This document shows positions 8,268 through 16,164 of a stretch of 32,000 nucleotides of DNA, in pieces; position 1 is the first letter of the stretch, and every line of letters begins with the position of its first letter. The stretch comes from an uncultured archaeon (GTDB taxonomy: Archaea > Asgardarchaeota > Thorarchaeia > Thorarchaeales > Thorarchaeaceae), in contig CAYHAA010000011.1 of NCBI GenBank assembly GCA_964354495.1, forward strand, positions 30,001 through 62,000, given 5' to 3'. The notes under the pieces were generated by a model. It was not told the DNA's origin and searched no databases. It saw nothing but the letters and a program-made list of their open reading frames with translations. A program made the translations under genes and the position numbers.

Positions 8268-9458
8268 CTACACGAACTTCGATCTTATGTAACGAGGCGC
8301 GGCTTTGAGGATGGCATTTCTGACTGACCTCTTCCCGACCAACATCTCTGCGATTATTCGTGATGTTTCTTTGGACATGAGAAAACCTGAGCCCATGGAT
8401 TTCGAACCTGAATCAGTGAATTTCCTCTGGAGATAGAGACCCCATTTCAAATCTGAACCCATGGAATCTATCCACACTCTTTCATATTGCGATAACGCAG
8501 CATCAGAGAAGTCATTCTTCTTGATACATGCCGCAGCTGTCTTGGCTGCTTCGCGACCCCCAACCATTGCATAGAATATTCCTTCACCGCTCAGAGGTGA
8601 ACACTGACAAGCTGCATCACCTGCAAGGAGAATTCTTCTACCATATGAAGGTCGAATGACTCCTGCAAGAGGCATCAGGGCGGCCTCTCTCCTGATCAGT
8701 TCTGCTCCATCGAGATCAGTTCTAGTTGGTTCCACCTCCGATATCAGGTGTCTGAGGTAGTCGTCTATTCGTGCATTGTTCCCACGAACTCGGTCGATGA
8801 GTCCACCGCTTCCAACGACAGATATCTTCCCGCATGGAAACACCCATGCATAGCCGCGTGGAGAGTACTCATGTCCATAGTAGAAATCATTCACTTTCTG
8901 AAACTCAGTGTCGCGTTTCAAGTGGTACTGGATTGCATAGCCTAGATGCGAATTCGATGGTCTCTCCCTTAGGGGGACAAACCTTTGAGTTACTGGATTC
9001 ACGCCGCTTCCATCAATAATAAGATGAGATGTCAGCTTTTCAGAATCCGAGCCATACGAAAGAGTCACACTGCACCCTGACTCGGATACCTTGACGTTAC
9101 TAATCTTTGTCGCTAAACGAATGTCACCATGCTTCTTGTCAATCCTTCTAATCAAGCAGTCAGCAAGATCCTCTCTTCTAACATTGACTCCTACTACATC
9201 ATCAAAGTCGACTCGAGTGACATCTAGTCCAGGGAACTTCATACGTAAGGATACTATTTCATACTGACTCTTGATATGTTCCACTTCAAATTCCTTGAGT
9301 GCCCGAGAAGGAATGAAACCTCCACAAGCTTTCTTCTCTCCGGGTTTCTCATTTCGATCAAAGAGTGTGTACCGCACGCCCAACTCAGATAAGGTGACAG
9401 CTGCGATGAGACCAGCTGGTCCTGCACCAATAATGATTACATCGGTATCCTCAGACAT
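8268..9458 (-). CDS. Geranylgeranyl reductase family FAD oxidoreductase (DGGR-like, archaeal lipid saturation)
   Basis: IIGAGPAG dinucleotide motif, ACGG, YAWVFP (YxWxFP) and LLAGDAA-x4-PLSGEGI. Confidence 0.92.
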   Translation of the reverse strand: MSEDTDVIIIGAGPAGLIAAVTLSELGVRYTLFDRNEKPGEKKACGGFIPSRALKEFEVEHIKSQYEIVSLRMKFPGLDVTRVDFDDVVGVNVRREDLADCLIRRIDKKHGDIRLATKISNVKVSESGCSVTLSYGSDSEKLTSHLIIDGSGVNPVTQRFVPLRERPSNSHLGYAIQYHLKRDTEFQKVNDFYYGHEYSPRGYAWVFPCGKISVVGSGGLIDRVRGNNARIDDYLRHLISEVEPTRTDLDGAELIRREAALMPLAGVIRPSYGRRILLAGDAACQCSPLSGEGIFYAMVGGREAAKTAAACIKKNDFSDAALSQYERVWIDSMGSDLKWGLYLQRKFTDSGSKSMGSGFLMSKETSRIIAEMLVGKRSVRNAILKAAPRYIRSKFV

Positions 9459-9557
9459 GTTGCATACCAGAGCATAGCGGCTTCCCTATTAATTTTGGCT
9501 CATCTCATTGAGCGGCATAATTGATGTGGAGCTCGATGCAACGATGGGAAGAAGGAG

Positions 9558-9684
9558 CGTGTACCGTTCATTGGCAATCATGCTCGCTGATTTGCTTTGA
9601 TGCGGTTTTAGTTTGCTTCTCTTGGTTGGTACACGCTTGTTGTCTTCTTGCCAAAGAGTACACGTCTGCCCGATGGAGTACACG
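9558..9684. repeat. Cluster of four GTACACGY motifs
   Basis: On - at 9558-9564; on + at 9629, 9658 and 9678. One-mismatch copies at 9816 and 10462. Confidence 0.75.
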
Positions 9685-10690
9685 TGTAGGAAGGAGAGAG
9701 GAAGGAAAGGAGGAGTATGCTAAGATTCACTCTTGAAATCCATTGTTGGCCCGATCTCGTACTCTTGGATTCAGAACGCAGCTGTTCCTTCGAGCGTTTA
9801 CTTCATAGTATGTACGTACACCTTAGTATATCCGACCTTGTAATACCCTAAATCGAGTATGGCAACCCAGTATGAACGCAGTTTGGCGGCACCCTATTTG
9901 GCTCACCTACGATGCAACTGTACCAATACTTCGTCTGTCCCCTTCCTGGGTCTTGCAAGCGATCCTTGCTTGAGTTCACTTGTCCTATCTAGCCTATCTA
10001 GCCAGCACGTGCACTTACACTGCAAGAACACTGGAGTTATTCTGCATTCGAGTTTGACTCAGCAGAATCCTCTTTGATCTCTTTTAGGCCCTTTAGGTTC
10101 AGATTCTAGAATTCACCATTGTTATTTATTCTTCTATCCCATCACTCAATACCCGTCGCTTTTTCGACAGTCAATATATAATCGGTGTCTATATTTATCG
10201 ACGTCCGTAATAGGTATGGGATGCCGTTACATGGAACACAATGTACCATCACACGGCATTTACAGCTATTCTAAAACAAGAGTGTATGTCGTGTTGAACC
10301 GTCTTTTCCAGGAAATCTCTGCTTGTCTTGTGACTTACGGATCGTGGTATCATACGCGTTTTGCTGCTAGTGATTCTTGTCATACCCAGAAAGTGAGTCA
10401 TACTATCTGTGCACCGGAAAAGCTAGTGAAGAAGCAGGGTTATCCACGCGAAAAGGTAGCAGTACACACTATTTGAGTATGGTAGTTGCCCTTTGAATGA
10501 TTGCTGTCTAGTACCCGTACTCGAATAGCGAATACAGCTTATTGTGTCACTTTTCAGTGATTTTGTATGTATAGTAGTAGTATTCCTGAGGATGGAAGGT
10601 TCCATTGATTGACAATGAGGCTTGCAAGAAGAGAAGTAGTTGTGAACTGCCGCTACATATGTACTATTATGTTATATGATGGGGCAAGAT

Positions 10691-10708
10691 AGTATTATAT
10701 ATAATACT
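10691..10708. promoter_or_regulatory. Perfect 18-bp palindrome in an AT-rich tract
   Basis: AGTATTATATATAATACT equals its own reverse complement. Bases 10661-10740 are about 76% A+T (hand count). Confidence 0.55.
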
Positions 10709-10847
10709 TGTAAAACTAAAAATACAATAGCAGTAACAATCCTCACCTAATGTGTATTGACGAAAACTCGAAAGGTAACTGGGAATGTAACATAGAGAAC
10801 AGCAATTGATGATTCGTGCATTCATAGCGGGTGCCACCATCTGATGG

Positions 10848-11015
10848 ATGATTGAGCCCCGAGACCTCTCTCGACTCGGTTGGCTTTGCGAAGTGTGCCT
10901 TGATCTAGCTAACTTGGCAGAATCGTTCCATCAGGAGCACAGGACAAATGAACAGCAGGAATACAGACCTCGCCTTGGCATAATCATGCCTTCTAACGTG
11001 AAATTCCTTCAGTGA
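10848..11015 (+). CDS. Possible small protein, 55 aa, single CxxC
   Basis: Below the track cutoff: MIEPRDLSRLGWLCEVCLDLANLAESFHQEHRTNEQQEYRPRLGIIMPSNVKFLQ. No clear SD. Confidence 0.3.
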   Translation: MIEPRDLSRLGWLCEVCLDLANLAESFHQEHRTNEQQEYRPRLGIIMPSNVKFLQ

Positions 11016-11173
11016 TTAGAGCCTAGTCACACATCATTTATATCCATAGGTAAGGAATTGATTGGACAGATACAGTAACAGGTCTGTGCGCTCCTTTCGT
11101 GCAAGTTCGAATAAGTACTTCTCGTTCGTGCATGCGCTGGAATGCTGCATCCGAAGAAACAAGAGGCTAGCCA

Positions 11174-11536
11174 ATGGCGACGATCTTCATTGTCGATGAT
11201 GAAGTCATACTACATCGATTGTACAAAGATGTTTTTAGCATCAAAGGACATGAGGTCATCGCGGATGCTTACGATGGCGCAGAAGCCGTAGAGAAGTTCA
11301 TCGCTCTCCGTCGTAAGCCTGATGTTATCATTCTAGACCATAGAATGCCAAACAAAGATGGGATGCAGACGATGAAGGAAATACTGGCAGTAGAGGCCAA
11401 TGCAAAGATTGTATTCATCAGTGCTGATGCGAATGTACGAGAGCAGGCAATGAGCAATGGTGCAGTAAGTTTCGGATTGAAACCCGTTACGATTCGGCAC
11501 ATGCTAGACCTCGTTGAAAGCGCTGTATCTGAATAA
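11174..11536 (+). CDS. Single-domain response regulator (CheY-like receiver)
   Basis: IFIVDDE acidic pair, phosphoacceptor in IILDHRMP, conserved S (FISA) and K (LKP). No output domain. Confidence 0.95.
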   Translation: MATIFIVDDEVILHRLYKDVFSIKGHEVIADAYDGAEAVEKFIALRRKPDVIILDHRMPNKDGMQTMKEILAVEANAKIVFISADANVREQAMSNGAVSFGLKPVTIRHMLDLVESAVSE

Positions 11537-11585
11537 TCAATAAACCGTAGGTTGACCTTGCTGTCTCCAAGTGGGGGTTTGAGTC

Positions 11586-11963
11586 CTGAAAAAGAGTGGC
11601 CATTCTGGAGTAATCGTTGCAGGGGAAGTCCCGCTTCTGAGAGTACTTCTTAAAATGGCTCTCGAAGACTCAGGTCTTGATGTAATCGGAGAAGCAGAAA
11701 ATGCAGAGAGTCTTCTCATTCTGTGCCAAGGCAATAACCCTTCGGTGGTACTGATTGACTTCAATATCGACCAACAGGATATTGCCAGGCTGATCGAAAA
11801 CCTTCTGGATATAGATCCTATTGTCGCGATAGTTGTGATTTCTGATCTCATAGAAGGTCAGAGCGAGACTGTGCTTGCCGCAGGAGCAAGAGCCTTTCTT
11901 CAGAAACCTTTCAGTATGTACGATATGACTGATATTGTGAAGAAGGTGAAACCTGTCGTCTAA
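11586..11963 (+). CDS. Atypical single-domain receiver (degenerate acidic pocket), probable CTG start
   Basis: The frame is open from 11583 (TGA at 11580) and encodes beta1/alpha1 GVIVAGEVPLLRVLLK upstream of the ATG at 11655. It keeps VLID, VVIS and QKPF. A G-run at 11573-11577 lies 8 nt before CTG 11586. Confidence 0.85.
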   Translation: MKKSGHSGVIVAGEVPLLRVLLKMALEDSGLDVIGEAENAESLLILCQGNNPSVVLIDFNIDQQDIARLIENLLDIDPIVAIVVISDLIEGQSETVLAAGARAFLQKPFSMYDMTDIVKKVKPVV

Positions 11964-11978
11964 TGTTCCAGGCACGAG

Positions 11979-12314
11979 CTAGGAATCCTCGAAACTCCAA
12001 AGCATTACCATCGATAAGCACACTATGAGTGATGCATACAGTGCCATCACAATACAGTATGGTGACCAAAGGGCCGCCGCAAAGCCACTCAGAATGATGC
12101 AGAAGTACGAAATCATCATATGTTTCCACTCTGATGTAGACAAGACGAGTGCCAAACCTACAAGGATGTGGGGTATTCCCAGAAACGCGATACATGCCAA
12201 CAGAACTGACAAGTACAACAAGCCTGTTGCATAAGGGAGGACCAAAGGCTCTAGAATACCAAAGAATATTGTAATCACTGCCAATGTATATCTAAGCGCT
12301 TTTGCGTAAGACAT
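11979..12314 (-). CDS. Small integral membrane protein (about 4 TM), unknown function
   Basis: 111 aa, almost entirely hydrophobic. Confidence 0.75.
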   Translation of the reverse strand: MSYAKALRYTLAVITIFFGILEPLVLPYATGLLYLSVLLACIAFLGIPHILVGLALVLSTSEWKHMMISYFCIILSGFAAALWSPYCIVMALYASLIVCLSMVMLWSFEDS

Positions 12315-12336
12315 ACTCTACTCCGTCACCCCTGCT

Positions 12337-12362
12337 CTCGTCAGTCTGGAAATCCTGACGAG
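12337..12362. promoter_or_regulatory. 8-bp inverted repeat, possible operator
   Basis: CTCGTCAG-N10-CTGACGAG, 22 nt upstream of the 12314 start. Confidence 0.35.
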
Positions 12363-12614
12363 GAATTGCCCCAATGTCTGTGTCCCCTGCAACGCGTTAC
12401 AGTGTCCAGCTACATACTACATTGATTGACTTATGTATGCCGATTTGATTCTTCATGCGGGTCTCCAGGAACAAAGAAACACACATGATAACTTTATCAC
12501 TTGCGAACTATGAGTATGCGAAGAGAACCACTAGAATCCTTCTGAAACGAAAAGAATGGGAAAGCCATGGGAGACTGGCTCCGAATACCCTTGAACAGAG
12601 ATATGGACTGATGC

Positions 12615-14198
12615 ATGTTGTCTAATAGCCCAATCATTCCTGAATTCATGATGTATGAATCAGGCCTGGACAAGTCTGAGATACAGGAGATTGGGAATAG
12701 GCTTGCTGCATACGGCCGAAGCGCCGTGGACCGTTTCCTGGTTTTCACAGATATCTTGATCGAATACGTCGGGGGTGGAGAGTGGCGGAACAGAAGCCAA
12801 GCCTTCTTGTCCATGTGCGGGAAAGCCTGTTTCCTGAGAGGCAAATATGGGTATAATCAGATACTTGGCCGTGAGAGCCAGAATCTCAGCTGCAGAGGCT
12901 ATGCTGCGGCAGCCTATTGCAGACAAAGTCTCGACCCACGCTGGTTGAATAATCTACGCAACATCACTAATCAGACTTGGCAGACTAAGGACTATGTCGT
13001 TTTTGCCGAGCTCTCTGGCGAGCTGGCATCCGTGCTGATGGACCTAGGCTATGCAGATCACGCTCGTGACACCGCATCCGAAAGTATTGAGAAAGTCACT
13101 CTTGCTACAGCTCAAGACCACGCTATTCGCACGATGGTACAAGCTGCTCTCCTTAGACCAAGGATTATTCTTGCCTTCATATCTGGCTATTCTGACTCCT
13201 ATGAAGAGTCATTGATTCGACTTGATTCTGCATATGATACCGCAACTCTTCTTGACCACCAACTGGCATTGAACGATATACGATACTATCGAGCTCGCGC
13301 GCTCGAGGAAACACTTGAGCATGACCGCGCATTAGCTTTGGTAGGCACATCACTTCGCCAGTATGAAAGGATGGGGTATCTCAAAGGTGTTGCAGATGCA
13401 CGCAACCTCCGAGGAGTGATTCATATCAACATGGGAGAGTTGCAGGATGCTAGAGATCAATTCGAAGAGCTGCTTCTTATCCAGCAGCAGCTGAACAACC
13501 AAGTTGGGCTTGCCTCTACTCTAATCAATGTGGGCGAGATTGACAGAACTCTTGATCAAATCGACCAAATGGAAATCTACAATCGTCGGGCTCTTGAAAT
13601 AAGTCAAGAGGCTGAATACATGCGAGGGATTCTCATTGCGACAGTCAATCTTGGCGATGTTGCACTCCGGAGAGGCAATATCCCGGAAGCTCTTGGCCTT
13701 TATGAAGCTGCAATGAAACTGGCAGAAGGAGCAGGCATGAAGCAGATTCTATCGCTTTCATACTCGCAGGCCGGTGATGCCTACTACCTATTGCAGAACA
13801 TGAACTCGGCAATGCAAAGCTATGAGCGGGCCAGAGATGTGGCTATTGAAGTAGCACATAGACTCTATGCATTCACTGCAGAAGTGAGCCTATTGGTCAC
13901 AGGATGGTCCCGGAATGACACTTCTGATACTGGGCTGCAGAGCAAGATTCAGCAAGTTATCGGTCCAAGTTCTGAATGGCTCTCTGCTGATGATTCGCGG
14001 TTGATGGCAAGTGTTCGCAGAACTGTCTTAGATGATTCAGCCTCAGAAAGTGAACTATGCATTTTCTATGATGGCGAGAAGAACTTTGTATGCAGGGTCG
14101 AACGTCAGGGACTTAAGAAAGAGTGTTTCGGAAATCTCTTCTGGATGGGCTCTCTATGTCCGCACTTTCGTGATTTCTTGACAAAACTCGAAGGATAA
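12615..14198 (+). CDS. Tetratricopeptide-repeat protein (~40-aa TPR_12/MalT-like repeats) with a Cys-rich C-terminal domain
   Basis: Repeats such as GVADARNLRGVIHINMGELQDARDQFEELL, GLASTLINVGEI, GILIATVNLGDVALRRGNIPEALGLYEAAM and ILSLSYSQAGDAYYLLQ. C-terminal C-x10-C-x10-C-x10-CPH. Confidence 0.9.
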   Translation: MLSNSPIIPEFMMYESGLDKSEIQEIGNRLAAYGRSAVDRFLVFTDILIEYVGGGEWRNRSQAFLSMCGKACFLRGKYGYNQILGRESQNLSCRGYAAAAYCRQSLDPRWLNNLRNITNQTWQTKDYVVFAELSGELASVLMDLGYADHARDTASESIEKVTLATAQDHAIRTMVQAALLRPRIILAFISGYSDSYEESLIRLDSAYDTATLLDHQLALNDIRYYRARALEETLEHDRALALVGTSLRQYERMGYLKGVADARNLRGVIHINMGELQDARDQFEELLLIQQQLNNQVGLASTLINVGEIDRTLDQIDQMEIYNRRALEISQEAEYMRGILIATVNLGDVALRRGNIPEALGLYEAAMKLAEGAGMKQILSLSYSQAGDAYYLLQNMNSAMQSYERARDVAIEVAHRLYAFTAEVSLLVTGWSRNDTSDTGLQSKIQQVIGPSSEWLSADDSRLMASVRRTVLDDSASESELCIFYDGEKNFVCRVERQGLKKECFGNLFWMGSLCPHFRDFLTKLEG

Positions 14199-14233
14199 TC
14201 TATTTACCCTCAAATACACAGAGGCCTCAGTCT

Positions 14234-14620
14234 ATGAACAGCACTGAGAAAAAGAAAATACTCGTCGTTGATGATGAGCACCTTACAACAGAGCTTGCAA
14301 AGGTCATCCTTGAAAAGAACGGTTTCATGGTTGTCATTGCCGGAGATGGAGAGACTGCCCTATCCTTGGCTCAACATGAGAATCCTGACCTGATTCTGCT
14401 TGACGCCATATTGCCTAGCATAGATGGATTCGCTGTATGTAAGAGGCTTAAGGAGAGCAGGAAATTCAAGGACACTCCAATACTCATGCTAACTGCTAGA
14501 GGTTTCAGTAGTGATATCGAGGAAGGCAAAGCTGCTGGAGCTGACGAGTATATTGTCAAACCCTTCTCTGGCAAGGCGCTTGTAGCCACAATTAGAAGAC
14601 ATCTAGGAATGGACGACTGA
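14234..14620 (+). CDS. Single-domain response regulator (receiver only)
   Basis: ILVVDDE, LILLDAILP, MLTA and YIVKPF; all catalytic positions are canonical. Confidence 0.95.
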   Translation: MNSTEKKKILVVDDEHLTTELAKVILEKNGFMVVIAGDGETALSLAQHENPDLILLDAILPSIDGFAVCKRLKESRKFKDTPILMLTARGFSSDIEEGKAAGADEYIVKPFSGKALVATIRRHLGMDD

Positions 14621-14645
14621 AGAGAAATGTGCAGAGATGCGAATG

Positions 14646-14668
14646 GCACCTGATATGGATCAGGTAGC
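14646..14668. terminator. Hairpin between convergent genes
   Basis: ACCTGAT-ATGG-ATCAGGT (14648-14665) in the 49-bp gap between the receiver and ArsR stop codons. Confidence 0.45.
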
Positions 14669-14669
14669 A

Positions 14670-15395
14670 CTACTCAGGGTCCAGGACAATTTCGTCATCT
14701 TCTTCAGAACCATTGGATTCCTCTTCTGATGAGGTCCGAGCGTCAAGCGATGCAAATAGCTTCTCAAAGAGTATCAGAGCTTGTTTTACGGTGGACGCCC
14801 ATACATCCGGCTGATCTTCATCGATGGTTGTAGCTGTGTCTCTTACGGGATCGAGAAGTGTTCTGACCTCCTGACAGCTCTCTTCGCTCCAGGAACACTG
14901 ACTCATGACCGCTTCGATTTGCTTGATAATCTGTCCTCTCACAGATGCGAAGCGCATTCGTTCATCGTCAAGGTCCGCAAGGCGTTTGTTGACTTTTCCC
15001 AGTTCATTAAGAAGACGACGCACAGCAGCAACATCTTGTCGAGCTTCTGGAATGACGAATTCCTTCGGAACAATAGTCCCGCTGGATGAACGTGTAATGA
15101 GACGAACCACAAACGCATTAGGCAGAATTGTCGTTGATAATCCGAATCTTGCATTCAACCGATAGTACACTCTATCTGGGCCAAGGTCGCTTTCTCCTGA
15201 CTGCCTCTCTATTAGTCCTGCCTCTTGGAGTGCTTCTAGGTGTTTAATTACCCCTCGTGGAGTGAAACCCAGGGTCTTGCTCAACTCATAGGGATATCTC
15301 TGCCCTTGAGCAAGAAGTCGAAGAATCCTCCTTCTTGTATCGCTGCTCAGAGCTCTGAACATTCTATCCAGTTCATTTGGACCTTCTTGTGACAT
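14670..15395 (-). CDS. ArsR-family winged-helix transcription regulator with a C-terminal coiled coil (COG1777-like)
   Basis: FRALSSDTRRRILRLL...ELSKTLG...KHLEALQEAGLI...RVYY. Start placed at ATG 15395 behind GGGGT; the track starts at 15410. Confidence 0.9.
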   Translation of the reverse strand: MSQEGPNELDRMFRALSSDTRRRILRLLAQGQRYPYELSKTLGFTPRGVIKHLEALQEAGLIERQSGESDLGPDRVYYRLNARFGLSTTILPNAFVVRLITRSSSGTIVPKEFVIPEARQDVAAVRRLLNELGKVNKRLADLDDERMRFASVRGQIIKQIEAVMSQCSWSEESCQEVRTLLDPVRDTATTIDEDQPDVWASTVKQALILFEKLFASLDARTSSEEESNGSEEDDEIVLDPE

Positions 15396-15444
15396 GATAT
15401 ACCCCTTCATTCTGGATCCATGGCTTCAGAACTCATTTTCAAGT

Positions 15445-15588
15445 CTAGAGGTAGTCTACCTTCTCCCAGATCGCGTAAAGGAATGAAGTCCATTCGATGT
15501 ACAGTTTATCCGGTTCCCAGAATCCCAGTCCGGATGAAGATAACCAGTCCGGAAAAGGACCCGCATCGTTGTTTTGGTCTGTTAGCAT
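15445..15588 (-). CDS. Possible 47-aa aromatic-rich small protein upstream of the ArsR gene
   Basis: MLTDQNNDAGPFPDWLSSSGLGFWEPDKLYIEWTSFLYAIWEKVDYL, with GGAG 8 nt upstream of the ATG. Confidence 0.45.
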   Translation of the reverse strand: MLTDQNNDAGPFPDWLSSSGLGFWEPDKLYIEWTSFLYAIWEKVDYL

Positions 15589-15679
15589 CCAGTCATCTCC
15601 TTTGTACGAGCTTTGACCTGATTCTAGTTCTGTTTCACAGAGATAATGAATCATTCACACTCTATCTAGTGTACCAATC

Positions 15680-15706
15680 GGTATAATAATACCATATGGT
15701 ATAATA
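15680..15706. promoter_or_regulatory. Operator-like palindrome nested in a direct repeat
   Basis: ATACCATATGGTAT (15689-15702) is a perfect 14-bp palindrome. GGTATAATA is repeated at 15680 and 15698. Confidence 0.55.
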
Positions 15707-15728
15707 GAATAATCGAATTTAAGGATTA

Positions 15729-16070
15729 TCACAGGGACGCTCTGGATGTCGGAATTCTCGACCTCTGTGAGGGCTCTGTGAGTGCAGGGGTGCCTTCACC
15801 TTCGGGTGGGCGGCTTCGATATCTGTTCAGTAGGGTTTCACCCTTATCGTAGATCGGACCTTGTCCGGTTAGAAAGCCCGTGGCAACCCCGTCTTTGGCA
15901 CTGATGACCGGCCGAGTAGCTCTCATGAGGAGGTATCGCAAGAACTCAAGATCTGTGACCTTCTTGCCCATTTTCCGCTGGTAACGCATTTTTTCTTCCT
16001 CCCAGGTGAGAATATCGTGTTCTGTCAGACCTTTGAAGAGCTTGTTCTTGAGTTGTTCATGTTCGACCAA
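15729..16070 (-). CDS. Hypothetical protein, 113 aa
   Basis: TTG start. Helical N-terminal half (WEEEKMRYQRKMGKKVTDLEFLRYLL) and a Pro/Ser-rich tail. Confidence 0.7.
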   Translation of the reverse strand: MVEHEQLKNKLFKGLTEHDILTWEEEKMRYQRKMGKKVTDLEFLRYLLMRATRPVISAKDGVATGFLTGQGPIYDKGETLLNRYRSRPPEGEGTPALTEPSQRSRIPTSRASL

Positions 16071-16164
16071 TCGTGATTCTCCTTCTGAGAGTTAAGCAAG
16101 TTAGGGAACGATGGTTGCTCCTATATCGCCTTGTGATACAGGGAGAATACTACATGAATGCAAT

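Noticed and set aside
10440-10448. DnaA-box-like TTATCCACG
   Set aside because: A single 8/9 match is expected by chance, and the genome is archaeal.
6381-10481. CATACTCAAAT 11-mer shared by both large intergenic regions (6391-6401 and reverse at 10471-10481; CATACTCAA tandem at 6381/6391)
   Set aside because: One 11-mer match between regions of this size is roughly a coin-flip by chance, and CATACTC also occurs in coding DNA.
9489-10605. Track ORFs of 60-86 aa inside the 1.7-kb gap
   Set aside because: No SD, motif or protein-like composition; they are Cys/Ser/His-rich like random frames.
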